Below are positions 34,470-47,386 of a stretch of DNA of 64,000 bases, piece by piece (the stretch's first letter is position 1; every line of letters starts with the position of its first letter). Below the pieces are notes generated by a model. That model was given only the letters and a program-made list of their open reading frames with translations. It made no database searches and was not told the origin of the DNA. The translations under genes were made by a program, and so were the position numbers. The DNA is taken from positions 20,832,001-20,896,000 of the forward strand of contig CM060732.1 in assembly GCA_030704615.1 (NCBI GenBank), written 5' to 3'. The stretch comes from Takakia lepidozioides (taxonomy: Eukaryota > Plantae > Bryophyta).

Positions 34470-37400
34470 ATGGAAGGCACATTTGCGGAAATGGTCACCA
34501 CATTGTAGAGTCTTCAGCTCCAGATGCAAGAACTTCGTACATCTATCGGCCAATTGCAAGCTGATCAGTCTCAAGATCTTGACAACGTTCTCCACAATTT
34601 GCAACAACAAATTTCAGAGTTAAATGAGTCGAACAATGGATCTTCAACCATACAAGTCCCTACTGCAACAGCTCATACTGCAACGGTTCCTCTTCAACAG
34701 ATTACGAGAGAACCAAAGATCAGCATGCCCGAGAAATTTGATGGGACGAGATCAAGATTTCGCGGTTTTGTTCAACAAGTACGACTGTTCCTACGACTAC
34801 ATCCACAACGCTACCCCGATGAAGGTATTCAAGTGGGATTCGTGGGCACCCTTCTATCAGGCACTGCCCTATCTTGGTGTGCACCGCTATTAGAAAAAAA
34901 TTCGCATTTACTATATAATTTTGAAGCATTTATGTCCGAGTTCACTGCAACGTTTGGAAAGAATGATAGAGAGAGAGTTGCAGAAACAAAGATGCGAAAT
35001 CTTCGACAAGGAGCACGTCCTGCTTCCGTTTATGCTACCGAATTTCGACAACTTGCGTGCTACCTCGACTAGAATGAGAAGAGCCTCATTAGTCAGTTTC
35101 GATGTGGATTAATAGATGATGTAAAAGATTTGTTACTGACAATGCCAAACGTGAGCACACTAAGTGAATTCATCACCCAAGTCATTGCATGCGATAATCG
35201 TTTGTTCGAAAGACATCAAGAGAAGCGATCTGGATGGTCGACGACGCATCATGTCACTGCTACTACGACACCAAATACAACGATCCATCAGACATCCAGT
35301 AGTGATCATATGCAGATTGATGTTGTCCGATTCAAACCATTGACGCCACAAAAAAAACAAAGACGGCGCTCGAATGGATTATGTCTCTATTGCAGAGAAG
35401 AAGATCACATAACATTAAACTGCCCCAACAAGAAAAGATTCAAAGCCTGGGGCACAACTCAAGTGTTCGATATGAGGAGGTCGGAAAACGACGATGTCCA
35501 GTCACAGTAGGGACCATGCGGCTGGACACCACAAATTCCTTACCGAAAAAATATCTTTTTCTACCTCCAGACCCTGCACTTTGCTTCACAGTTCCGGTAA
35601 AAATCAGAGTGCAAAATCGAGATATCGTTGTAGAAGCACTTTTGGACTCAGGAGCTTCAGCTTGTTTTATGGACAAAAACTTTGCGAAGCAACACAATTT
35701 AACGTTCGTAAAGAAGAAACTCTCGACCCCCGTTGAAGTCATCGATGGACGACCGTTAGCATCAAGAAATGTGGACCATGAAACTCGACCACTTGAAGTG
35801 AAGCTTAAAGATCAAACATCACATATTGTTTTCAATGTCATCTAGTCTCCAATGAATCATGTGATCCTTGGACTTCCCTGGTTCGTACTTCACAATCCCG
35901 ACATCGACTGGCAATCGCAAAAAATTTCTGCAAGACAAAAATGTAGAAATATCAAAGGTATTCAACCCCTATTCCTTGGAGCTAGAGCTTTCATGAGAGC
36001 TACCAAAAAGAAGGCGACATTTGCACTTTATGCGACTCTGATCAAGACCACGACAGACAAAGGTACTTCAACATTACCCGCTCAATATCAAGATTTCAAA
36101 GATGTCTTCGAGAAGAAAAATGCAGACATGTTGCCAGAACATCGACCTTATGACTGTGCAATTGAGTTACAATAAGGAGCCCAACCACTATTCGGCCCAA
36201 TCTATAACTTATCTCAGACGGAGTTGGCTGCATTACGTGAATACATTGATGAAAATTTGTCGAAGTACTTCATCCGACATTCAAAATCACCCGCGGGGGC
36301 GCCTATCTTGTTTGTGAAAAAGAAGGACGGATCATTACGCATGTGTGTCGACTATCGCAGTCTCAACAAAGTCACAATCAAAGAATCGTTATCCGTTGCC
36401 GCTGATTTCAGGGCTTTTCGACCAACTGGGACGAGCGAAGATTTTTACCAAAATCGATTTGAGATGAGCCTATAACCTTGTGCGGATAAAAGAAGGAGAC
36501 GAATGGAAAACAGCTTTTTCGAACAAGATATGGACATTTTGAATACAGTGTTATGTCTTTCGGTCTTACCAATGCTCCAGCAATTTTCCAACATATGATG
36601 AATGACATCTTTCGAGAATTTTTAGATGACTTTGTAGTCATCTATTTGGACGACATTTTGTATTTTCACAGAATGAAGAAGAATATGGCCGTCATGTACG
36701 CCTTGTTCTTGATAAATTAAGAGAAAGATGACTATATGCCAAGTTGGAGAAATGTCTTTTCCATCAATCTGAGGTCGAATTTCTTGGCTACATTATTTCC
36801 GACAAATGCGTCTTTATGGATCAGAAGAAAATACAAACCATCATTGAGTGGATTAAACCAACTTCGGTCTGAGATGTACAATGTTTTCTGGGCTTTGCAA
36901 ATTTCTATAGAATCTTCATCAATGACTACTCCAAAATTGCTGCACCGTTGACACGACTCACAAGGAATGACAAATTTGTATGGGACGAGAAGGCTGACCA
37001 GGCATTTGAAAGGCTGAAGCAGACATTTACAACGGCTCCAATACTGGTACATGCAGACCCATCTAAACCATTCTTCTTAGAAACAGATGCATCGGACTTT
37101 GCACTTGGCGCGGTACTCTCGCAATACGGTACAGATGGCCGACTCCACCCTGTTGGTTTTCATTCTCGCAAATTTTCCGCTGCGGAGATCAATTATGAAA
37201 TCTATGACAAAGAACTTCTAGCGATTATCGATGCTTTTGAGGAGTGACGACATCTATTGGATGGAGCTAAACATCAGGTCACTATCTATACCAATCACAA
37301 AAACCTTAAATATTTTATGAATGCTCGTGTTTTGAATCGACGTCAAGCGAGATGGAGTATGTCACTAGCAAGGTTTGATTTTGTTATTACCTACCATCCC

Positions 37401-38990
37401 GGACATCTTCAAGAAAAACCAGATGCTCTTTCTCGACTATCGTATCTTGCGCCAAAAGAAGAGGATGCAGTTTTTGACCAACAAAAATCCATTATCTTGA
37501 AACCAGCAAATCTCCAATTGAATATGCTATCCATGTCCACCTATGACGATGCAGAGATCATAAAGGAGATTCAGGAAGCACTAAAGAGCGACCATTTTGC
37601 TACGACACTACGAAGTCAACTAAATCAACCTCGAGACAACCCACATGTTACAAACGACTTCGAATTCAAAAATGGCTTACTTTACTTCAAGGAACTTCTC
37701 TATGTACCTCCAGGACCTACACGACTTCGAATTCTTCAAACATGTCATGATCTTCCGGCTGCAGGACATTTCGGCTTCAACAAAACATTGGAGTTGATAT
37801 CCAGGGACTATTGGTGGCCGCAGATGTGGAAACTCGTGAAAGAATTCATAAAATCTTGTGATACGTGTGCTAGAGCGAAGGGACCACGACATCGACCTTA
37901 CGGCCTTCTTCAACCATTACCCATTCCCGAGGGTCCATGGTCGTCCGTGTCTATGGACTTTATTACGGACTTTCCAATTTCCAAGACCACTGATTCAATC
38001 CTTGTTATTGTAGATCGTTTTACGAAGATGACACATTTCGTTCCATGTAATAAGATGGTTACCGGCGAGGAAACTGCAAGACTCTTCCTCAATAATATCT
38101 ACCGCATTCATGGACTCCCGAAGGACATCGTATCTGATCGATGACCACAGTTCATATCAAATTTCTGGAGGGGATTATTTCACATATTGGATACTAAGAT
38201 CAACCTCTCTACAGCTAATCATCCACAGACTGATAGTCAAACCGAACGTGTAAACCAGATTTTGGAACAGTATCTTCGCTGTACGATAAATTATCACCAA
38301 GATAATTAGACGGACCTTCTGTCATTGGCTGAGTTTGCCTACAACAAGCAAACTCCATTTTTCTCCAATTATGGTTATCATCGTCGAGCAAACCATTTCC
38401 ACATAAAGACTGTTGGAAGCCCTGCTGCAGAAAACCTTGCTACTCATCTAGCTACGATTCACAAGGAGCTTACATCCCACCTCGCAGAAGCTCAAAAACA
38501 ATACAAGGAGTATGTAGATCAACGTCGCCAACTCCAAACCCAGTTCAAGGTCGGAGATCGTGTGTGGCTTCTTCGACGAGACATACAAACCTCGCGACCA
38601 TCAAGAAAGTTGGATTATCAACGTCTGGGACCATTCAAAATTATTCGACAAATAAATCCGGTCAGTTTTCGGTTTGAACTCCCACGAAGTATGCGCATCC
38701 ATCCAGTCTTTCATGTTTCATTATTGGAGTTGTATCATCCATCGAATATTCCAGGGAGAGTCTCCGTACCACCTCCACCAATCGAAGTCAATCAAGAACT
38801 TGAGTATGAAGTCGACGAAGTCCTAGACTCTCGTATCAAGTATAAACGTCTTGAGTATTTTGTACATTGGAAAGGCTACGACATCAGCGAACGAACGTGG
38901 GAACCTTCATCCAACCTCGCCAATGCATCTGACAAAGTCCAAGAGTTTCATCAACGATATCCAACTAAGCCCCGAGCTACACGTCAATAA
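34470..38990 (+). pseudogene. Chromovirus gag-pol pseudogene (gag 34470-35510; pol in the -1 frame to 38990)
   Basis: PEKFDG gag motif, CLYC..H....C knuckle, ALLDSGA protease, YLDD RT, ETDASD RNase H, H-H-C-C and SMDF integrase, GPF motif and the chromodomain YEVDEVLDSR..YFVHWKGY..WEP. Many in-frame stops and frameshifts. Confidence 0.92.
35483..35543 (+). promoter_or_regulatory. -1 ribosomal frameshift signal (G GAA AAC plus H-type pseudoknot)
   Basis: Slippery heptamer 35483-35489 in the gag frame. Stem 1 is 35496-35506/35517-35527 and stem 2 is GTAGGGA/TCCTTAC. A -1 shift enters the protease ORF. Confidence 0.7.
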
Positions 38991-39136
38991 GACGTCACAA
39001 CGATGATGTCAGTCAAGTTAGCTTCAGGGTGAAGACTCCACATTCAATGTACCTGATACATGCTAAGGAGGGAGGAGCACCACACATCAGTATATATAGC
39101 TACACTTCCAACACTCTTGCATCTTATATTGGCAGT

Positions 39137-39433
39137 ATGGAGTCACAGGAACCAGATACATTGGAGTTGTCGCTTACCCAGCTACCAGATCAGTCATTCC
39201 GACTTTCACGACCTTCAACATCACGTCGACGCTCTCGAGACGATAGACCACCAATGCGACGCGTACTTCCTCGTCTGAACCCCGTACGACGACAAGTGGA
39301 GCCTACTCGAAGTCTGATAATTCTGTTGGAGGTTGAGGCTTCGGACCCAGAGGGCAACGAAATCATGTTTGAAGGTAGTTTCGAAAATCAGAATGTTCAA
39401 ATCACTGCGTGGTCCCAAGTTCAAGGTGTTTGA
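39137..39433 (+). CDS. Additional 98-aa ORF between pol and the 3' LTR, function unknown
   Basis: ATG at 39137 opens MESQEPDTLELS...WSQVQGV*. TATATATAG lies at 39091. No homology recognised. Confidence 0.35.
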   Translation: MESQEPDTLELSLTQLPDQSFRLSRPSTSRRRSRDDRPPMRRVLPRLNPVRRQVEPTRSLIILLEVEASDPEGNEIMFEGSFENQNVQITAWSQVQGV

Positions 39434-39593
39434 CACTATCAATGGTTGCAAGGACCTATAAATCATTTGAGTCAAGAACGAAGAGCCGAATACTTGGCAA
39501 GTACTATTCGCCGGATTTTCGATTTTCTCCAACTCTAAGCAAGTCCAAGATTTTACCGCTCCTCGAGGAACTCGGCGCTAGAGGAGGGGGTGA

Positions 39594-40231
39594 TGTCACG
39601 GACATAGCCCAGAAGAACTTACCAGGAGTAAATACCAGAAGTTATTAAGTTACCATGCTACCAAAAGTTACCATGACTTACCGTGATTTACCATGATCTA
39701 CCATGATTTACCATTACTTATCAAGTTACCGAAAGTTTACCAAATTACCAAGAGTAATTTGGGAAACTACTTAGGAAGCTTCATTTGGAGGAAACTTCTC
39801 CATCAATATACCTCATTTGTTTAAGGAAGCTTCTCCATCAAGAAACCTCCATAGGGGAAGCTTCTTGGGGAAGCTTCTTAGTAGCCAATATATATAGGAG
39901 GCGAGACTAGACACTCTTCAGTCTCGCCAACACCAGTTCAAGCTACTCTTGTTTCCAGTTTCCAGTACTCCAGTCCAGTTCCCAAGTACTCCAGTCCAGT
40001 TCCCAAGTACTCTAGCCCAGTTTCCAGTATCTGGTACTCCAGTCCAGTTTCCAGCATTCCAGTATTCAAGTCGTGTTCCAAAATCTTGTACTCTTGTTCA
40101 TTGTTATAAAGATCGTCTTGATTCATATTTACTCATCGTGCATTCGGCCACGCCGACCTTGACTTCTTGTCTAGCATTGTACCTCTAGTTTTATCTCTTG
40201 TTTATGTTCAGTCATGTTCTCGTCTTTGACA
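39594..40231 (+). repeat. 3' LTR of the chromovirus
   Basis: Direct repeat of 33780-34431 with indels of internal tandem units. Confidence 0.93.
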
Positions 40232-40384
40232 GTTTTTGGAGTCATAGCCTGGGATGAGAATCTTTTTCCAAGATAGCTCTTTTGGTATTTTGTAGGCATC
40301 AACCTGACCTCTATAATATGGTTGATGCCTATTTGGTTCAACGTGGCCAAATGGTCTTTTAAGAAAAAACTAGGGTAGCTTGTG

Positions 40385-40975
40385 CCATTGGCCCAAGTCT
40401 CCAGTGTCATCATCTAAGTCCAAATGCAATCCCCTATGTATCCCAAGTGCGTCTCCTATGTCGAGGCATAAATGCGACCTCTAGGGTAGCATGTGCCGTC
40501 ACTACAATATATCGCGGTATTTATAACTGTATATATGACTATTCTGCAGTCATAAACGGTACATATGACTTCTATGACTGTAAGTCATGCAAACCAAGTC
40601 AATACAATGAGTACAGGATGGTACGGTCCGGACCGTTGGCCCAAAGGTCCAATGTCATCCAAGTCCAAATGCATGTTTTTTCCACAAAGCCTATGTCGTT
40701 TGGCCCATATGTGAAGAATTGAAATCTAAGACCAAATGTAATTTCCTATGTATCCAAGTGCAATCTTCTATTCATGTATCCAAGTGCATCTCCCATGTAG
40801 AGCCCCAATTGTCCACTGTCATCTAAGCCCAAGTCCAATCTCCTATGTATCCAGTGCAATTTCCTATGTATCCAAGTGCGTCTCCTATGTCGAGGCCCAA
40901 GTGCAACCTCTAGGCCTTAGGGTAGCCTGTGTCGTTGGCCCAAGTGGCCAATGTCATCTAAGTCATCTAAGTCTA
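40385..40975. repeat. Degenerate ~22-bp tandem motif array (CCTATGTATCCAAGTGC / GGCCCAAGT), likely TE subterminal repeats
   Basis: The motif recurs at about 40433, 40745, 40775, 40842 and 40862. Confidence 0.55.
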
Positions 40976-41344
40976 ATTAGTTTTTTTCCACAGTGCCTAC
41001 GACCAGATGTGAACCGGAGACCTTTCCCTTGATATCTCTCCCGTTGAGGCTCCAACCATTGTCCCAGGAATGCCCACTTTGCCATTTTTGCTATATTTTG
41101 TGAATTTTCAGCGACCAAAAGTACTTGGAATTTGACATCTCCCACACCGCATTTCCAAAGATCATGAGACCAAGCCCGTGCACCCCTCCTTGTTCAGGGC
41201 TTTCCAACGGTACCAAGCACCAGGGCTGGGGCCTTGCGGTTCGGGACATCTCAACGTGACAACAACAAAACAAAACAAACAAATCGTCTTAATTCATAGA
41301 TTGATATGTGGACTCTTGTTGAAGCAAGTACATCTATCACTTAA

Positions 41345-42170
41345 CCCTTAGTTTCCCAAGCCCTTTTTGGACTTTTGAACAATTTTGGGTACCCAGCTGC
41401 AGTAAATTGCCCCTTGAAACCTACCAAAAATCATCCAGATATTCCAGCCTTATAGCAGTGGGCCCAGCTCAGTTATGCATGACATACCAAAAAATGAGCC
41501 AAGTCCACCGTGGAAATTGTGAGATTATAACGTTGCCCGGGACCTCAAATATCAGGTCCCAAAGAAAAAGTGAGAAAGAAATAGGTTTGACCAAATCAAA
41601 ACCTAGTTTTATCCAATTTTGCTTCCCCCAAGAGCCACCATTTCCAAATCAATAGTGAAGTGGCTATGACCCCACTAAATTGCAGGTCCAACTTATTTTT
41701 TCACCTGTGGTTGCTTTGCATGCAATTACAGAGGGGTTGAAATCTCAAAATTGACAAGAGAAAATGTGCCTCCAAATGAAGCATTTTTTTTTCTACAAAA
41801 TTTTTAAAAGCCAATGGTGGATGTGGGTATGTAATGCTCACACACCACAAGGTGAAGTGTTTTTTTTTAACAAAATTGCTAATTTTCTGCCAAAAATGGG
41901 CTTTGGAGTGCAATCTGTTTTGGGCTTGTTTGCCTGCCACGACAGCGGTCAACAAGCCCTTTTCAGGCCCAAAATGTAAATGAGTGATCTAAGATATTTT
42001 TTGTAGGTCGTAGCTTTTTTTTTTTTTTAATTGTTTTGTTTGCATCATACTCGAGACAAATCCCTTGTCATTAAAGCTTCAGGAGTGGGCCCATCAGATT
42101 AGATCTGCAGAAAATAGGTAGAACTGAAAATTCAGAAAATTCAGATTCAGGTCGCTTGGGAAATTAAGGG
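41345..42170. mobile_element. piggyBac-like non-autonomous element (826 bp), TTAA TSD
   Basis: TTAA|CCCTTAGTTTCCCAAGC ... GCTTGGGAAATTAAGGG|TTAA; 17-bp TIR with 1 mismatch. Confidence 0.75.
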
Positions 42171-43099
42171 TTAATCCGAAGTAGCATGTTAATCCCTTCC
42201 AAGTTTCATTTGCAACATCCAACACGGTTATGTGATTTTTGAACCCATGACTACTAGTGAAATGGTATGTCATAACCAGTGTTGGGCAGTTCTTTAAAAA
42301 AGTTGATAACCTTCTGGTTATATACCTAATTTGTTTTTAATAACAAATTAAAACATTTCGGTTAATAATTGAATAACATGCCGGTTGTCAATAACGGATT
42401 TTTTTCACCCCTTGCTGGTTATCAATAAATCCAGTTACTTCTTGGCTGATAACTGGTGGTTATATATACCGGGATTTATTTTTTATTTTTAAATTTTAGC
42501 CGGTTCTCAATTGCTGATAACTAGGATAAAACAATGTTGGACTGGTATCAGGTTTTGCTTATACCAGCAGGTTCCTGGTAGGAAGAAATTTGGATTATGT
42601 GTTCTGGTAGGTTCTTAAATAATGTTTTTTTTTAAAATTCTGGTACCAGGCTGGTATCAACAATGCACTTCATGAAAAAATAGAGGTCTGATATCAACAA
42701 TGGTCCTCGAAAATATTCAAGATTGCAAAATATCAACAACGGTTATCAATACTTGAACGGTTATCAAACCCTGTCACTTTTATAAACTACTTGAAGAGCC
42801 AATATGCAGATCACTAATCTACCATATCTGTATGAAGAGTGCTTGACTACCTGATCTGCAACTTTTTGAAGTGCGAAACTGAGTATGTGAATTCATGTAC
42901 GCATTCCAGCTCCAAGCAAATGCCCCTATCATGTGCAATTCCAAAGCTGCCAAGCAGCTCGATGGCTCCGTGATCCTATCGTCAAACAACCAGAATTCTG
43001 AATGAGAAGCAAAACAACAAGACACATAATCAAATTCCAGAACTTATATAAAAAACAACAGTGTGCAAAGAATTAAAAACCATCAACTTACATTCAGCC

Positions 43100-44945
43100 C
43101 TCATTCAGCATCATCAAACAAGCCTGCTTCGTCAATCATATCCTCGTTCAAATCTGGTTTTCACCAGAGTCCTTAGTTTCTTTTTTGGCATTCCAGCCTC
43201 AATACATGCCTTCTCCCACTCTAACTTACCCTTGCCAGGCTTCTTTGTCCAAGTAATAGTTTTCTGCAAGACAGCTTGTGCATCCTTCAGTGAAACCTCA
43301 TTCATTCCACCTCCCACCTTATCCCGATCACAAGCATATTGATAGGCTTTCGACACAGCATGGCCGAAACAACTGTCAGGATATGACACAGACAATGCAA
43401 GTGGTTGACATGAAACCACTGAGGACAAGGCAGTAGCTAGGGTATTCAGATTTGCACCTTCATCTTTGACATAAGAGCATCTCCAACGGTGGCCTCTAAA
43501 TCTGCCCCGCTATTGAAGCTATGGCGGCCCACTTGGTGTGTCTCTGAAAATGAACCGTAGCTGTGGCCCACCCATTCACATTAAGTTCTCCCCTCCATAA
43601 CAAGCACAAACCACGTGTTGGACGTGGGTTGTGTGCACATACTACGTGTTGCGCGCTGCCATGAGTGACACAATGACCTTGAGAATTTGGTCGAGCCCAT
43701 GCCGCGTGTTGCCATTGCGAGCTCCTAGACGGTCAACATTCGTTGACTTCCGTGTGCCGTGATGTGCAAGCCTTGCATCCTCCACCAAATTGGTGGTAAT
43801 GTTTGGGATTTTACGGGGGCCGGTGGCTTAAGTGCCGTGCAGGGTGACCGCTGGGGTGCAGCTTCGAGCAACTTCAACGACGGCATCTGCAACTTGCCGT
43901 TGCAACACGGCATGCCGTGACCGCTGGAGATGCTCTAAGCCACCACTTTGTCAGTCAACCTGTAATGTGCCAAGAGGGCCTTCAGTTGTTGGGCAAGAGC
44001 TGCCCCAGGAGTGTCAGGAGCCTCAAACAAGCCTACTGTTATATGACATGGATTCCAGACTTCATCTATGAAGTTGATGACTACAACAAAAGTGTCATAC
44101 CCAGATCGGCTCATCCATAAGTCAAAAGTGGTAGTGTCAGTAGCAGCTTGGGCAATGGCAGGCAACATATCTCTCCATAGTCTTTTTCATCAGATCTGGT
44201 AGATGCTCCTTCACAAGTTGCTTGCGAGTGGGGAACACAACCTGACCACATTGGCGCATGACCAGCCGCCTCAACCAAGGGTTTTCAACTGCAGACAAAG
44301 GCATATAGCTTTTACAATCATCAGGACCAGATCCTCTATGAACCGGATCGGGGCAGGGTTATCTTTCCTGTATGGCTTATTGGATCCAAAAAACGAAGTA
44401 ATGGCAGATGGAGTGACTGAAACCCTTTTCTTTGTTTTCTACCTCTTGTTTGGAATCTGTTCATCAAGAATCTTCCTCTGTGCCTTGTACTTTGTAAGTT
44501 CAGAGCTATGCTCATTAGAAACATGCTTCTTCATAGCTGTGATTCCATGATCAGGATGGTAAGAAACAAAACCCTTACAAAAACCCTTGATTTGGTTGAG
44601 CTATGAGAGCTTTGAGACTGCTAATTGAAATGACATATCACACACCTCATGAGCTGAGCAACTTGTTGGTCTACTTTGGCACTCGAGTCATTGAGTGTAA
44701 AGAATGCCCAGGCCTCAGATGTCCTATGGTATGGCACCCAAAATGCTGCATTGGCATCCAAGTGCAGCAAATGTTGTCTCTAAATGGCCTCCTCATCTAT
44801 AATGCAATCTTCATCTGCTGCCTCCAAGGTCTACAGAACTTCCTCCGAGGTCACACCTGTTTCATGCTCGTCAATGGAGCCATCGATCAGCAGGGTTTCA
44901 GTCTCACACAAGTCAAAAGGATCCCTAAACTCAATGGTGCCATGA
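43100..44945 (-). pseudogene. hAT transposase pseudogene (BED finger plus catalytic core)
   Basis: AWAFF...MRCVICH...GITAMKKHVSNEH, TTFDLWMS, VVAYVKDEGANL (restored after removing the MITE at 43475-43935), CFGHAVSKA and VKTRF. Confidence 0.8.
43475..43935. mobile_element. PIF/Harbinger (Tourist-like) MITE inserted in the hAT transposase
   Basis: TAA|GAGCATCTCCAACGGT...ACCGCTGGAGATGCTC|TAA. Removing it restores the VVAYVKD frame. Confidence 0.9.
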
Positions 44946-45900
44946 ATACCTACAGCAAAGTCACGATTCATTGCAGTAAACACTAGTGATTACAGGCTAT
45001 CAGCAGTAAGCTAAACAACAGAAAAACACCAAACACCAAACCACAATAGCATAAACACGATGACTTATCTCAACTCGAATCTCACAAAGCGGCGCCCATT
45101 CAAAGCAGGTTGTTGCCTATCTTCAATGCCTAGCTTCAAATCTGTCGCCGCTACTGCAATATCCCCTCCCATATCGATACCAGGCAGGTCATACCAGGTG
45201 CTGCAACATAATCGTCAACACGGGTAACAACACGGGTCATATCGCCGTAAGCTGAGGCGAGTAATGTTCATGCCGATCACTCTCACAAGCCCTAACCGTC
45301 GGGCCTGTTCTGCATGGAATTTTCAATTTTCATGTACCGTCTGGTAGGTTAGGTTATATCCGGGTTGTTACCCGAATTAATAACCGGGGGGACCTAACAC
45401 TATTTTAACTAATTCTGGACTTTTGTTTGGTCCAGAAATAATACAAGATATATGAATAATTATAATATATAATAGAAATAAAGAGATATATCTATAATTA
45501 TTTGACTATTTGTGCACTATATAACAACAAATTATGTAATCCTCCACACATTCTACGCAAAAATACAAGTATGTATTGTGGTCTTAGATGAACATCCACT
45601 GCCAAGTTGACGTTCATTAAAAAGAATGGGAGGATGCAATGAATCAAACAATGATGAGAGCTCCGATATCCAAATGACATACAGAAACAAACATGGAATA
45701 ATGGCAGAACCAAATATGAAACAATGATGGCATGTGATGAATAGGACAACATGGAAAAACGAGTCTGTCGGGATCTGATTGATGATATGAAACATTCATA
45801 TTTTATTTGAGATTATATCATTCAAGGCGATGGACCAACAGAAAAATGAACGTCAACTGTCCATCCGTTCATGGACTTAATGCCATACAAGCCATAGATT

Positions 45901-47386
45901 ATGAAGCCAGATGGAGCTTACGCTCAATTTTCCCTTGAATTCTGGAAAGACAATTCAAACTTCACAATTGGGTCGCTGGCTCGGTGCCTGCGCCAACTGG
46001 AAAAGCCGACATGTCGGGAATCCAGGAACATTTTCGACACTGAAGTTCAAAATGATTTTTTTGAAATGCTCATGAGAGGTAAATCGAGATGTTTGGAGGC
46101 TCTGAAACCCTGCAGGCCGCACGATAAACGTGGTGCTCGACCACTTCCTAGACGACTTTATTTGCAGATGGACAACTCCTCCAAGGACATGCTTGCTTTC
46201 CTATCCCTCCTCACTGCCAAAGATGTCTTTGAAGAGATCCAGCTTGGTTTTCTCATGGTCGGGCACACCCATGAGGATATTGACGGATTCTTTAGCTATC
46301 TCTCGAAGAAGCTAAAAGAACGCAACACCTACATTCTTCCGGATTTGATGAGATCATTCATGATCTCCCAAGATATGCAATTCATTCCTCAAATCACACA
46401 AGAGGTTCCCGACTTCAAGAAGTTTGTTAAGGGTTGTATTCATGATGGAAATGAGGCTTTGGTGGGGATCTTAGAGATGCACGTATTTCGATTTTTTAAG
46501 GATGCGGATGGCTGGCCCGTTATGAAGTACAAGAAGTCAACTACTGATTCGGAGTGGCTTCCTACAAACTCCAGCGTTAAGATGTGGAAGTCCAATCCTG
46601 ATGGGACTCTATATCTCCCTGAAGGAGACCCAGATGCCGTTCCAAGAAGACCGATATGGGGAGTCGGGGACGACTCCTCAGAAAAACAGACATTCATAAA
46701 AAAATGGTATTAAGAAATACAAAGATTTTTGGACCAAAGGAATGTTGCTTGACGATCATTACCAGGGTGTGATGGAACAATATGACCAATACTGGGGAAA
46801 TATTCTTGCCGAACTTGATAAGCCAATGCAGGACATTCCGGATCGTATTCAGCTTCTTGAGGGATTTTGGCCGAAAACAAATTGGTCCTCAAACCATCGG
46901 AGGGATGGCATCCAGCCACAGATACTGGAAGATATGGAAAATGAGGATGAAGTTCCAGAACCTTACTGTGGCCCTAGGTGTGAGCGTCCAAGGATACCAT
47001 TGAATCCGTTCAAGGATATTGAGAAAGGGTTTTTTGTGCTCATTCGCCCTCATGACCCAACGACGTGCCCGGTCTGGATGGGAATGGCAATTTCAGATGT
47101 CATCCGAGAAAGGGAAGATCCTAATTTTAAGAAAGTGAAGGTGGAGTGGTGGAGACCGAAGAAATGAGGTAACCCCTCAGACTTTGAGAGGTACATGGAC
47201 TGTTGGTCAAAAGTTTGGGCGTACAACCCGTTAGATCCTGCTCAATGGATCCACGTGAACAATGTCGTGTGGACAATGCCGCCACGAAAAAATACGACAA
47301 GAAATAGCACCAAGAGAATTACAACGGTGGAAGCAGTGAAGGCGCGCGCGAATTTGGAGGTTGCTAACCTTCAGCCAGATACCTGA
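45901..47386 (+). pseudogene. 5'-truncated Sola-like DDD transposase
   Basis: RRLYLQMDN and FLMVGHTHEDIDGFF motifs. A frameshift near 46710 and an in-frame TGA at 47165-47167 split one ancestral ORF into three. Confidence 0.7.

Larger units (their letters stand above)
33780..40231 (+). mobile_element. Ty3/gypsy chromovirus LTR retrotransposon (Tcn1-like), full-length but decayed
   Basis: LTRs TG...CA at 33780-34431 and 39594-40231. The PPT GAGGAGGGGGTGA precedes the 3' LTR. Domain order is gag-PR-RT-RH-IN-chromodomain. No matching TSD (TACGA vs GTTTT). Confidence 0.95.

Noticed and set aside
39938-40126. Repetitive peptide (LETGLEY)n ORF
   Set aside because: Translation of a tandem repeat inside the LTR.
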